Positions 1 to 12,297 of a stretch of DNA of 64,000 nt are shown here, in pieces (within the stretch, counting starts at the first letter, position 1; each line of letters begins with the position of its first letter). Source of the DNA: Oculina patagonica (taxonomy: Eukaryota); contig NC_135761.1 of NCBI RefSeq assembly GCF_052425735.1, positions 33,914,001-33,978,000 on the forward strand, read 5' to 3'. The notes beneath the pieces are model-generated. The model was not told where the DNA came from, made no database searches, and worked only from the letters and a program-made list of their open reading frames with translations. The translations under genes were made by a program, and so were the position numbers.

Positions 1-271
1 AGTAATGTAAAAGAGACCTCCAAGATGTATCAGCTACTTTTCAGTTTGGAGGACGAGTGTACGTTTCTAAAACCATGAAAGTCATGAAAAAGATAAGTTT
101 TTTCGTTTTTTTGTTGTTGTACTGTTTACTGCGGGAGAGAATAAGACTCTTAAGTTAGTAAATAATCAGAAACGACAGGAAACTATTAACTAGCGTTATA
201 AAAGGCTATGCAAAGGCAATACTACAGGAAAAAAAACTGAAAAATTCTTTGGCATTGGTGCTCGGCATGTA

Positions 272-450
272 CTAAAACCCGAAACAACGAAACGAAACCA
301 CCGAAACGAAACGACCGAAACGAGCGAAACCACCGAAACGGCCGAAACGAAACGGCCGAAACCACCGAAACGGCCGAAACGAAACGGCCGAAACCACCGA
401 AACGACCGAAACGAAACGGAAAGCGAAACAGCCAGAACAGCCAAACGGAG
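272..450. repeat. Degenerate short tandem repeat (CCGAAAC/GAAAC/ACC units)
   Basis: Iterations of ccgaaacgaaacggccgaaacca are directly visible. The overlapping ORFs (196..621, 222..485) are low-complexity translations of this repeat. Confidence 0.85.
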
Positions 451-773
451 GTTGTGGAGTAGGAGTCCTGGGAACAGGTTAGCATGTCGGGTTTGTGACG
501 TCACAAATTCGCGCCAAAACCCGAGTGTAAGATGGCTGAACGAGAGGGCAATTCGGGCAAGAACGATGTCGAAAAAAAGGTGGGTGTTTTTCTTAGTTTT
601 CAAATGGTAGGCAAGACACAATACTTAGTTTAATGTCTACAACAACAGAAATGGAGTTATTGATAGTGTGACGAGCAGAAGTTGTAGATTCTTTCAGATT
701 CTTTCCGCCGATCATCGTTGTTCATGTTCATGGACGGATAAAAACAAGCTTACTTGCATTTTGTCACTCCTAA

Positions 774-880
774 TTGAATTGGATGAGTCATTGAATTGAA
801 TATGCATTGAATATGCATTGAATTGAATGAGTGATTGAATTGAATATGCATTGAATTGAATGAGTGATTGAATTGAATTA
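774..880. repeat. (TGAAT)n-like degenerate microsatellite
   Basis: Repeated tgaattgaatatgcattgaattgaatgag units. Confidence 0.8.
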
Positions 881-1437
881 ACAGTAACAGTAAATCTTTA
901 TTGTGCCTTACACTCCAAAGGGAGGTATTGGTCTAGTTACAATAAAGGTGTTATAACAACTATGCTAACAAATTACTTAATAACAAACACTTGAATTACA
1001 ATGCAGACGTTTATGATAATAATTGAACTATTAATTATACAACTATTTATTGATATAACTTTCAATTTAAAATTTCTTTTCTTTTTTGAAAAATGAGAAA
1101 GATATATTTAGCTATGATTCTAGAGGTAGCATTATTATCTAATTTAAGAAGGTACATAATTTTTTCATGATCAGTTAAACCTACAAAGCGAGGATCAGTT
1201 TGGGACACGATGAAATGAAGCTCTTTTCTAACATCATTATACCCTTTGCAATACATTAAAAAATGCTGTTCGTCCTCTATGTGGTTTTCCTTACATACCA
1301 AGCACTTTCGTTCTTCAACTGGTGTGGGTGCTCCTGCATTTTCATATTTTCCAGTTTGTATGCGAAGGGAATGTACCCCTAATCGTAGTTTAGTAATACG
1401 CTGGATTTTTAACTGTAGTGAGATACTCTTTTGGTAA
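879..1437 (-). mobile_element. 5'-truncated LINE 3' end (CR1/L2-group-like ORF2 C-terminus)
   Basis: The minus strand reads ITKLRLGVHSLRIQTGKY...ERKCLVCKENHIEDEQHFLMYC..Y...R, a typical LINE ORF2 C-terminal Cys/His region, with stop at 1062. An AATAAA signal and a (TTACTG)n tail follow near 879-902. Confidence 0.7.
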
Positions 1438-2394
1438 TCCCATTTAACTTCTTTGTGAGTGAATTTTTCTCTACAGCTAGAAAGTCATATGCAATTGTGC
1501 ATTAAAATCCCTGAATGTATGTATGTAATAAACTGCCATCAGGCAGGGGGCCAGAAGAAAAAAATAACTTCTTTCTTTCATTCTTACCACTAAAAAAAAA
1601 AGAAATAAAAAAACACCTGGTCGCAGGTAAAATTTTTAACAAAAGCGAGTATGTTCAAAAGGAACAAGAATCTGGGAACTTCAGACATGTGTTCAAAAAT
1701 AGGCACACCAGTATATCAGATTGCTTATTAAAATTATTGTGAGTTCATAAGCTGGTTATCACAAAATCATTAAAAACTTGGAAGTAATTGAACATTGTCA
1801 ATTATTCCCTTGGCATACACTCCCAAACCAACATGTTGGGCCTGTTCGTAGGATAAATATAAGGCACTGGAGAAACACTGTCAACTTAGGAAATGGTCAC
1901 TATCAGAGGTCAACTTACTGTGCTTGCTAGAGAACAGGGAAGAATGTGTCTTTGGTTGCTCTTGTTCTCCCTCTGGAGCCTTACTTGCCTTGAGTACCTG
2001 CTATTTCGATGGCATGTTGTGGCTTTCATGCTCAAGGACAGAGTTGGTTTTGCTTTTCCTTGTTGGATTCTCTTACACTTGTCTAGTGCTGTACGTTGAA
2101 TCTTAGTTAACTTCCAATGATTTTGACCATGCATGCATGGCTATAAAAGCCTACTTAATCTCAAAGTTGGAACTTCCAACTGAGAATACAGTAACTCGCC
2201 TTTAAAAAATTCGAAGAGTGAGGAGTTAATTTTAATCTGAAGGCTTACCAAGAAAGTGGGTTATTGCAAGGGGTAATTTTAATAATTATAGTTAATTTTA
2301 ATAATTATTTGGTTGAGTTAACCATCCTTTTTTCCCAAGATTTTACTCTCAAGGCATTTAACGCAAGTGCAGCAACCACTCAGTCAAACATCAA

Positions 2395-3219
2395 AATATC
2401 ACTCAGGAACAAACTGTCTGCCCTTAAGGATGGTGAAAAGTGATCTACATTATTAATTATTTAAACTGTTTGTCGAAACTTTTTTACCTTTTTCAAGCTT
2501 TTAGATTTTTGTCATGAACAAATTGTCTGTCCTACGGGACAGCTAGCAGTGAAAAGGACATTATGTTCAAGAACCACTGAGTCAGGCATCAAGATATCAC
2601 TCAGGAACAAACTGTCTGCCTTTAAGGATGGTGAAAAGTGATCTACATTATAAATTATTTAAACTGTTTGTCAAAACTTTTTACTTTTTTACAAGCTTTT
2701 AGATTTTTATCATGAACAAATTGTCTGTCCTACGGGACAGCTAGCAGTGAAAAGGACATTATGTTCAGGAACCACTGAGTCAGGCATCAAGATATCACTC
2801 AGGAACAAACTGTCTGCCTTTAAGGATGGTAAAAAGTGATCTACATTATAAATTATTTAAACTGTTTGTCAAAACTTTTTACTTTTTTAAAAGCTTTTAG
2901 ATTTTTGTCATGAACAAATTGTCTGTCCTAGGGGACAGCTAGCAGTGAAAAGGACATTATGTCCAGAAAACACTGAGTCAGGCATCAAGATATCACTCAG
3001 GAACAAACTGTCTGTCCTAAAGGTAAAGGATGGTGAAAAGTGACATTTGAATTATACTGTTTGTCAGAACTTTTTTACTGATTCAAGCTTTTAGATTTTG
3101 TCAGGAACAAATTGGCCGCCCTTAAGGGTGGTGAAAAGTGACATTTTATTCATACTGTTTCACAGAACTTTTTCACTAATTGAAGCTATTAGATTTCCGT
3201 CAGAAACAAATTGTCTGTC
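2395..3219. repeat. Tandem satellite-like array, left part (198-bp and ~99-bp units)
   Basis: actcaggaacaaactgtctg recurs at 2401, 2599, 2797 and 2995 (period 198). ggtgaaaagtgac then recurs at ~98-bp spacing (3032, 3130). Confidence 0.9.
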
Positions 3220-3350
3220 TGTGGAGTCCTGGGACTAGTAGAGTCGTCACGTGACAAGAAGGCCGTGTACGATCGAGTTAGTTGAGTTCTTGCCATGTGT
3301 GTGTTGTAACTCGGAGTTTACACACTGTTTTCTTTATTAAATACACCACA
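3220..3350 (+). repeat. 5' LTR
   Basis: tgtggagtcc...atacaccaca, identical by eye to 9753-9883; contains ATTAAA near its end. Confidence 0.97.
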
Positions 3351-3354
3351 TTTT

Positions 3355-3366
3355 TGGCGACGAGGA
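3355..3366 (+). promoter_or_regulatory. Primer binding site (probably tRNA-Ser GCT)
   Basis: TGGCGACGAGGA lies 4 nt after the LTR. It is complementary to the 3' end (..TCCTCGTCGCCA) of metazoan tRNA-Ser(GCT), as recalled. Confidence 0.75.
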
Positions 3367-3422
3367 ACGTGATCGAATACCACGACCAGGTAGACTAGAG
3401 TGAAGCGAAGTCTACACGGAAA

Positions 3423-6400
3423 ATGCCTACATTTGGGAAATTAGACGAATACAACGAAACGGAAGATTGGCGCCATTACACTGAGCGTGTAAATCACTTT
3501 TTTGAAGCAAACGAGATAACCGATCCGGACAAAAAAAGATCCATTTTCCTGGTTAGCGTGGGAGCCAAAACCTACAAGCTTATACGAAGTCTGGTCGCTC
3601 CGGAGGACCCGAAGACCAAAACCTATGAGGATTTAGCGAAACTCGCCCAGGAACATTTCATGCCAAAGCCTTCCGCTATTGTACAACGATTCAAGTTTAA
3701 CACTCGCACTCAACAAACAGGTGAGACAATTGCCATGTTTTTAGCTGAGTTGAGGCACCTGACCGAACACTGTGAATTTGGGGCAACATTAGATGAAATG
3801 CTACGTGATCGGCTTGTGTGTGGTGTTCACGACATCAGAATACAGCGTCGTTTACTAGCCGAACCGAAATTAACCCTGAAGCGAGCGCTCGATCTGGCTC
3901 TCGGCATTGAGGCCGCGGATAAGGATGCCTCGGAGATACAAAAGGGGGACTCTCAGGAAGGGGATACTCCGCTCAACAAAGTCGATTTTAAAGTGGAAAA
4001 GGGTGGCGAAGTTAATTGTTATCGCTGTGGCGGTAATCACTACCCCAAAAGCTGTCATTTTAAGGATGCGAAATGTTATGCTTTTGGAAAGTTGGGTCAC
4101 CTATCTCGAGTGTGCCAGAACAAAAAGAAAGGGAAACTACCACCTCCTAGTACTAATAAGAAGTCAGACACCCCACAGGATACCCATCTCCTAGAGGGGG
4201 GAGAGGAGGCAATGGGGAGAGAACAGGGTGTGGGTGCATATTCTTTGTTTACCCTTGGCGGTAAACAACCTTTGCCATACAAAGTACAGCTGAGTGTTGG
4301 TGGGCAAGCACTAGAAATGGAAGTTGACACAGGGGCTTCATTGTCAGTGATAAGTGAAGGCACCTACAAACACCTTGTCTCACAAAACGGGGCACCGCCA
4401 CTGGAGAAATCAGGAATTGTCCTTCGTACATACACTGGGGAAGAGGTCAAGCCCGAAGGGGTGTGTACAGTTGATGTACATTATGAAGGGGGCGAATACT
4501 CCTTGCCATTGTTAGTTGTAAGTGGAGAAGGCCCAGCTCTGTTGGGGAGGAATTGGCTGGAAGAAATTAAGCTAAATTGGCCAAGGATTAAGCAACTTAC
4601 TTCGCATGACAAGCGACTTGGAGAGATTTTGCAGAAACATGCACAGCTATTTGGGGAGGGTCTGGGGACCCTACAGGGGACAAAGGCCAAGATCCATGTG
4701 GACCCCACAGCCACCCCCATTTTCCATAAAGCCAGACCAGTGCCATATGCTCTCAGGGAGAAAATTGAGCAAGACCTGGAAAGACTTGAGAAGGCAGGAA
4801 CCATTGAACCCGTTCAATATTCCGAGTGGGCCACACCCATTGTCCCAGTTATGAAAAGTGATGGCACAGTAAGAGTCTGTGGAGATTACAAGCTTACCGT
4901 CAATAAGGTCTCGAAATTGGATGGCTACCCTATCCCCAAGCTCGATGATCTATACACAAAGTTGGCTGGGGGTCAAACGTTTACTGAGTTAGACTTGAGC
5001 CATGCTTATGAGCAGATGCTTGTGGATGAGAACTCAAGGGAGTTTTTGACAATTAACACCCATAAAGGCCTTTTTAGATATAACCGCCTTCCGTATGGGG
5101 TCTCTTCAGCGCCCGGCATCTTCCAGAGAACCATGGAGGGTTTGCTGCAAGGAATACCTTCGACAGGAGTCTTGCTAGATAATATCCTCATCACAGGGCC
5201 CAGCACGGAAGAGCACCTAGACTACATCGAGAAAGTTTTGGGACGCCTTTCTGATGCCGGCTTGCGGCTCAAAGCTGAAAAGTGCCAATTTATGAAGCCC
5301 GTTTTGGAGTGCCTGGGGCACCGCATTGACGCAGAAGGGTTCCATCCAGTTGAAGCAAAGGTGAAGGCCATCAAGGAGGCCCCAACCCCAACCAATCCCT
5401 CTGAGCTGAAGTCCTTTCTAGGGATGCTTAACTTCTATGGCAAGTTCATGCCCGACCTATCGTCCACCCTGGAGCCACTGCACGAGCTTCTGAGGAAAGA
5501 TATCTGTTGGAAATGGGGTACAGAGCAACAAGAGGCGTTTGATAAGGCCAAGAATCGACTTCAATCATCAGATGTACTCGTACATTATGATCCTGAGAAA
5601 GAGTTGGTGGTATCTTGTGATGCTTCACCCTATGGTATTGGGGCAGTGCTGGCCCATGTTATGAAAGATGGCTCAGAGAAACCAGTTGCATATGCCTCAC
5701 GAACACTCTCCACAGCAGAGAGGAACTATGGCCACCTAGATAAAGAGGCACTAGCTGTAGTTTTTGCCGTGAAGAAGTTCCATCAATTTCTTTTTGGACG
5801 TCATTTCAAGGTCTACACAGATCACAAACCACTTTTGGGGCTGGTTAACCCTGAACGAGCCACACCTCTAATGGCTTCAAGTAGGATGCAGCGATGGGCA
5901 TTGACTTTGCTTGCGTATGAGTATGAGCTTATTTATCGCCCTGGTGAAGAGAATGGAAACGCAGACGCCCTCAGTCGTCTACCCCTTCCAGTTGCTCCAG
6001 AGACCACGCCCGTCCCAGGGGACATTATACACCTTCTAGAGACCATCAACACCAGCCCAGTGGATGCCACTAAAGTGAAGTTGTGGACAGCCCGTGATCC
6101 AGTACTTTCTCAAGTTCATCCGTCCTTCACGGATGGCCCATGGCAGTCGAAGAAGAAGCCCTGAAGCCTTATTTTGCTAGAAGAGAGGAATTGAGTGTAC
6201 ATGCTGGCTGCCTACTTTGGGGATCCCGGGTCGTGATACCCCCACAGGGGAGAGAGGAAGTGTTGAACATACTACATGAGTCCCACCCCGGTATTGTTAG
6301 AATGAAAAGCCTAGCTAGGAGCTATGTGTGGTGGCCGAAAATGGACTCATGTTTGGAGGAAAAGGTGAAAAGCTGTGTTACCTGCCAAAGCCACCAAAAG

Positions 6401-6896
6401 AAGCCACCCAGTTCACCGTTGCACCCTTGGGAATGGCCCGGCCGCCCTTGGTCTCGAGTACATGTAGATTATGCCGGTCCTTTTATGGGCAAGATGTTTC
6501 TCCTAATTATTGATGCGCATTCTAAATGGATGGATATCCATTGTGTGAATTCTGCCACTTCCAGCGCAACCATCGAAAAGCTGAGGACAACCTTCGCTTC
6601 ACACGGCCTACCAGAGATTGTAGTGTCAGACAATGGGTCCAATTTTGTTAGCAGCGAGTTCAAGTCATTTCTACAGAAAAATGGCATCAAGCACATTACC
6701 TCCTCTGTCGAGACCAAGTTAGCTCGGTTCCTATTAAGTTATCGTATTACCCCCCAAAGCACCACGGGTGAGTCTCCTGCTCAGTTACGCTGGGGACGAA
6801 GTCTGAGGTCACATCTCGATCTGCTGCGACCAGATGTAGCGGCAAGGGTACATGCAGCACAATCAAGACAGAAGATACAGCATGATCAGCATAGCC
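3423..6896 (+). pseudogene. Gypsy gag-pol polyprotein (gag, CCHC knuckles, protease, RT, RNase H, integrase), disrupted
   Basis: Motifs: CYRCGGNHYPKSC knuckle; protease VDTGA; RT DLSHAY and PYGVSSAP; RNase H DASPYGIGAVL and TDHKPL; integrase HHCC, HVDYAGP and VSDNG. Lesions: RT motif reads LLDN instead of YxDD (5172-5183); frameshift near 6120; in-frame deletion near 6703 removing the usual 'PYHP.SNG.AER' segment; LINE insertion after 6896. The integrase C-terminus resumes at 9252-9640. Confidence 0.92.
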
Positions 6897-9200
6897 TCAA
6901 CATTATGAACTTTGGTCCAAGTTTCCTTAACTGGATTCGCACATTCTATAGCAATATTTCTAGTTGCGTTATCAACAATGGTCACTCTTCAGAGTTTTTT
7001 TCTCTACAAAGAGGAGTGAGACAAGGGTGTCCTCTTTCGGGACTGCTCTTTGTTCTCGCTTTAGAACCACTCGCACACCAGATAAGAATCACTGATTCTA
7101 TCAAAGGTCTCGAAAACGGGAATAAGATCACTAAACTTAGTTTGTATGCAGACGACACCACCGCTTTCATCCGCGACGACTCTTCCGCAGCGTCTCTATT
7201 TGCTCTCCTTGATCAGTTTAGCAATCTATCGGGTCTGAAAATTAATAGATCAAAAACTGAGGGTCTGTGGCTAGGTCGTTGGAAAAGCAGATTAGGAAAA
7301 GACGAGCCTTTTGGCATTTCGTGGCCGAAAGAATATGTCACTGCACTTGGAATATGTTTCCCTTATTGCGCGAATGTTGGAATCAAACTAAACTTTGATG
7401 AGAAACTTGCCAAACTTAAAAAAGTTCTTAACATCTGGTGCAAAAGACATCTAACCATCTTAGGCAGAATAGCCATCGTAAAGAATTTAGCAATCGCCAA
7501 ACTTGTTTATTGCTGCTCCGTCTTAAACGTTCCTGCCGAATTCATAAAAGAGGTCAACAGCATCATCTTCTCCTTTATCTGGAATTTCAAACCTGATAAA
7601 ATTAAGAGAAAAACGTTGATTGGCCCAGTCTGCAAAGGCGGTCTAAATATGATTAACTTTGAAGATGTTGTAAAATCCCTCAAGATTACCTGGGTTAATC
7701 GTTATTGCGAATCGGCTGGCAGTCACTGGTGTGCCCGCCTTGATTCCTTATTAAGTAAAGTCGGAGGAGCTTTTCTATTTCAATGCAATTTCGACCTAAA
7801 ATTTCTGAACCTCAACAATTTACCACCTTTCTATAAAAATATTCTTAAGGTGTGGCAAGAATTGAATTACAAGGAACCGCTTAATGCAAATGAATTCAAA
7901 CAAGAACTTTTATGGAACAACCGGTTCATAAAGACCAATGGTAAAACGGTGTATTATAAAACATGGGTAAATCAAGACATCTTAAAAATAAGTGATCTCC
8001 TCGACAATCACGACCAATTCCTCTCTTTCGAAAATTTTAAGCGCAAATTCAGCGTTCGATGCACTTTCCTCGACTACGCCGGAGTTCTCGCTGCTATCCC
8101 CAAAGCGTGGAAAAGAAAAATCACGTGCAACAGTGTCGGTGGTGTTAGCGAACTCCCAAAGGCTGATTCAAATAGCGATGATATCGTCTCCGCAAAAAAA
8201 GCCCGTTTGATGCTTGCGGAAAGGTCCTTCTCTCCCCCTACCGTCGAAATCACTCTAAGAAATCAAGTGACAAACTTAAAGGATGTCTACGAACTTCCAT
8301 TTAGAATCACCGTTGAAAATAGATTAAGAAGCTTTCAGCATAAACTCATACATAACATCATACCTACCAATCTCTCACTCTATAGAATGAAAATAAAAGA
8401 GTCACCACATTGCGAACACTGCCACTGTAAAAATGAGACACTTCTCCATAGGTTTTGTGAGTGCCCCGAAGTCAAGCTATTTTGGAAAGACGTCATAGAA
8501 TGGTGGAATACAAATCGCTCTGACAATTTCAATCCTACTTGTTCGGAAATTCTTTATGGATACAGACCTGAGAACACCAGCTATCATGCTTTCAATCACT
8601 ATCTTCTTATTGCTAAATATCATCTATATCTCGCAAGAAATCAGTCAGAGACTCCTAGCATAAAGGTCTTTCTTGCCTTACTGGAAAGCAAAATTAAATG
8701 TGAAAGACAAATCGCTATTAAAAACTCTAGCTATAAAAAGTATGAAACAAAGTGGACCACTCTCTGCATAAGCGATGCGGTAGCTTTCTTTCCACTGTTT
8801 AAGCAAAAGAGCCAGGTTTAGGTGCATTTTCTTTGTCTGTTATATTTATCCTTTATCATTTTAGTTACATTAGATCTGTTGTTATAGTAAGTAGCTGTAT
8901 TAGTTTAGTGACAATTTCAGTTTTTTTTGTAAGTGCAGTGTAAGTTCTGTCAATTAGCTCTTGTGCCATGTATAGCTTTATAGTATTTTAGTCTCTTTTG
9001 TATTTAAAAAATATATATTTCACTGTAAGTAGTAAGCATCGCATTGTAAGTAGTGTAAGTGTTGTAAATAGTATACAGTGTCGAATTGTAAGAAGCGCAA
9101 GTGTCGTATTGTATTGTGTACAGCTTAAGTATTTGTACAATAAGTAGTGAGTAGTGGGCATACTTTTTTTGTATTTTTGTAAGTGATGTGCTTTTGTGTG

Positions 9201-9236
<36 letters not shown>
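6897..9236 (+). mobile_element. 5'-truncated L1/Tx1-clade LINE inserted in the Gypsy integrase
   Basis: 15-bp TSD ATGATCAGCATAGCC at 6882-6896 and 9237-9251, with poly(A) at 9211-9236. The ORF2 part contains GVRQGCPLSGLLF, YADD and a C-terminal CxxC..ETLLHRFCEC zinc finger; stop at 8821. Confidence 0.95.
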
Positions 9237-9237
<1 letters not shown>

Positions 9238-9740
9238 TGATCAGCATAGCCGAATGCGTCAAGTGGAAGTCGGCGATTCAGTGAATGTTCGAAACTACTC
9301 CAGAGGCCCCAAGTGGATTCCAGGAACTATCATCCAGGAAACTGGTCCTTTGTCTGCGAGAATTGAGTTGGAAGATGGAACTGTGGTTCGAAGACACCAC
9401 GATCAACTAGCTGCTCGACCCACAGAAAGTTTCAACCCTGGTGTCACATTACCAATTACTAGCCCATTGCAGCAGGAAGGTGTGGATCCAGAGATAACCG
9501 TACCTGATGTAAATGACCCCGAGGTTGTCCATGGAGACAGAGAACCACCCAGTGCAACAATGGTTCGGGACTCGGGGCCAACTACCCCTGTCAGGCGATA
9601 CCCAGCGAGGAATAGAAACCCCCCGCAGCGTTTTTACTAATGGACTCATTCCCTCCCCCGTGAACAGTTTTAAGTTTTAGGGCAGAGGCGTTAATTTTTT
9701 TTTCTCGTTGACGTTTGTTTTCTTGCTTGTTTCAGAACTT

Positions 9741-9752
9741 GGGGGGGAGGAA
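9741..9752 (+). promoter_or_regulatory. Polypurine tract
   Basis: GGGGGGGAGGAA immediately before the 3' LTR. Confidence 0.9.
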
Positions 9753-9883
9753 TGTGGAGTCCTGGGACTAGTAGAGTCGTCACGTGACAAGAAGGCCGTG
9801 TACGATCGAGTTAGTTGAGTTCTTGCCATGTGTGTGTTGTAACTCGGAGTTTACACACTGTTTTCTTTATTAAATACACCACA
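9753..9883 (+). repeat. 3' LTR
   Basis: Identical to 3220-3350 and followed by the TSD CTGTC. Confidence 0.97.
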
Positions 9884-10570
9884 CTGTCCTAATTTAAGGG
9901 TGGTGAAAAGTGACATCATATTGATACTGTTTGTCAGAACCTTTTACTGATTCAAGCTTTTCAATTTTTGTCAAGAACAAATTGCCTTTCCTAAAGGATG
10001 GTGAAAAGTGACATTATATTTAAACTGTTTGTCAGAACTCTTTTACTCATTCAAGGATTAGGATTTTTGTCAGGAACAAAAAAAGGACATAATGTTCAGG
10101 AACCACTTAGTCAGGCATCAAGATATCACTCAGGAGCAAACTGTCTACCCTTAAGGGTAGTGAAAAGTGATCTACATTATAAATTATTTAAAAACTGTTT
10201 GTTAAAACTTTTTTACCGTTTCAAGCTTTTAGATTTTTGTCAGAAACAACTTGTCTGTCCTAAAGGATGGTGAAAAGTGACATCAAATTCAATACTGTTT
10301 GTCAGAACTTTTTTACTGATTCAAGCTTTTAGATTTTTGTCAGAAACAAATTGTCTGCCCTAAAGGGTGGTGAAAACTGACATTATTTAAACTGTTTGTC
10401 AGAACGTTTTTAGTGATTCAAGCTTTTAGATTTCTGTCAGAAACAAATTCTCTGTGAAAATTAAGTGACATTATATTATTCATACTGTTTGTCAGCTAGA
10501 TCTTTGATGAATTATAAAGAAAATTATGTGACATTACATATGTTAATACTGTACGTTTGTCAGAACTATT
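9884..10570. repeat. Tandem satellite-like array, right part
   Basis: Same ggtgaaaagtgac...caagcttttagatttttgtcag unit as 2395-3219, continuing in register across the LTR element and decaying toward 10570. Confidence 0.88.
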
Positions 10571-10961
10571 TTTTCTGAGAAGTTACTAAACTTGCTGATT
10601 AAAACATTACGGCATGCTTGTGGACTGTGGCATATTTATAAGTCAATGCAGGTGACATTTATTATGAAACCACAAAATAATAAATTATATTTTAATATTT
10701 TTTTGCATATAATTTTTGATATTCCCGTTACAGTTATTGTTAGGTATGTTTACCGTACCCAAATTCGCAAGTAGCCAATCAGAAGCCCGATCTACTGTCC
10801 TGATATCCTACGATATCAAGTCACTGACCTGATATGCCACTATATCACGGTCACTTTAAATTAAAGTAGTGTTTCCGTACGATGAATTGAAAAGAGGTTT
10901 TACATGGAAACATGCCAAAAGTTCAAAAGAATGTCTTAACTACAAGAAAGGTGTTCAATGT

Positions 10962-12226
10962 TCAGTTATCCGGGTAGCGGATATGTAACCTTTTGATACC
11001 AGGTGGTAGGGGGTGATGCAGTCCCTTTTTGGCCGGGTTCTTTTTTGGTGCTGTTGGTTGCGCTTGTGAAGGCCTCTTTGTGGGAGTCTTGACAACTTTC
11101 TCTGTATCTTCTGAAGTATTTTCATTTAGTTGATCATCTGAATTTTCTGGCGTACTTTCGCGAATGACACGCGGTTTCTTCTTGGGTGCAGTTTTCTTTT
11201 TTTGTAGAGGCGTACGTGCTTGCACCTTGGCATACAAAGAAAGATCTTCTTCACCATTTGAGTCGTCGGATTCATTTCTTTGTAGCGGCGTCTTGTTTCT
11301 TGGTTTTGGCCTTTTGGGCTTGGGGCTTTTGGCTGCAGATCGTGTTCTGGTACGTTTTGTACGTACGGGTGGCGGCGGAGGATCTTGTTGGGTCAGGAAA
11401 AGGTTTCTTTCTTGACTGTCTTCGTCTACCATACAGTCTTCATTTTCTGCTATGTCCTGCCACATTTGGTCGTACGATTCGTCTCCTTCAGCCAACACGT
11501 CGTTAGAATCTACCGTGTTTTCTTCTTCATTTTCTTCTGAGTCTTCCCAGAAGGAGTTTTGCGGGGCTATGTTTGTGGTGTCTGTTAGGTCAGCCCACAC
11601 GTCGGCTGCTGCTTGATCTGCGGTTGCTTTATTACCAATGTGCAAAATGACATTTTGCAGGTATTGTTTGAGGCCTTTTGCTGTGGGATCTGCTTTAAAC
11701 GCTGCCACTTGTGCTTAGATGCCCAATCTTTGGGGTGGTTTGCCAGCGTTTGTAAAACCATTAATTGCGCTGCGATGTGGTACATGGCACCACTTGCCGC
11801 GAAGAATTGTTTCGTCAATGTCATCAGCTTGGGGTCCATGACCGTTTTAATTAATAGATTCAGATCTTCTTTTGTTGGCTCCTCTGCGACATCTTGGTCC
11901 TTGTTGTTAAATCTTTGTAACGCTGTTTTTAATGGCTTGAACTTGTCGGTTAAGTAGGAAATGGTGCCTTTTGTGAAGACTTTTTCTTCGTACTTTTTGA
12001 GGGTCGGCAAATTGCTGTAAATAGAGCTCGATAACTCCGAGATGGCAATACTTGGACGGGTTAGCCATTCTGAAGTCCAGAGAGTGGTGCTGTCTAATAT
12101 TTCTGTATCGGTCATCACGCCTTTTGTTTTGCCATACGGTGGCATCAATTCTCTCACTGTATGCTTAAAGTAATTGACTGCTACTTTATCGGCAGGTTCA
12201 AAGGTCTTTTTTCTTGTGTAAGCCAT
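10962..12226 (-). pseudogene. Unknown protein (globular N-terminus plus acidic/basic disordered tail), frameshifted near 11705
   Basis: ORFs 11585..12232 and 10962..11708 join via a frameshift (..WASKH / VAAFKADPTAKGLKQYL). ATG at 12226. Intronless, and directly downstream of a Pif1 C-terminus. Confidence 0.6.
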
Positions 12227-12297
12227 CTGCAATCAAGAAAGCAGTCGTTAAGGAATTGATAAGAGACGTTTAGAGAACGACATCTAGCTTTTGGCAG

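Larger units (their letters stand above)
3220..9883 (+). mobile_element. Ty3/Gypsy LTR retrotransposon, defective, with nested LINE
   Basis: Identical 131-bp TG..CA LTRs at 3220-3350 and 9753-9883. 5-bp TSD CTGTC at 3215-3219 and 9884-9888. PBS, PPT and gag-PR-RT-RH-IN domain order are all present. Confidence 0.97.

Noticed and set aside
196-621. 141-aa and 87-aa Arg/Phe-rich ORFs
   Set aside because: These are translations of the CCGAAAC repeat.
2395-3219. CRISPR-like array
   Set aside because: Whole units repeat with no unique spacers, there are no cas genes, and the context is eukaryotic.
6100-6164. Programmed ribosomal frameshift between ORFs 3423..6164 and 6140..8821
   Set aside because: The break lies between RNase H and integrase, not at the gag/pol boundary, and has no slippery heptamer. 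It looks like a small deletion.
9188-9640. 150-aa ORF with poly-Lys as an independent gene
   Set aside because: The poly-Lys is the LINE poly(A) tail; the rest is the displaced Gypsy integrase C-terminus.
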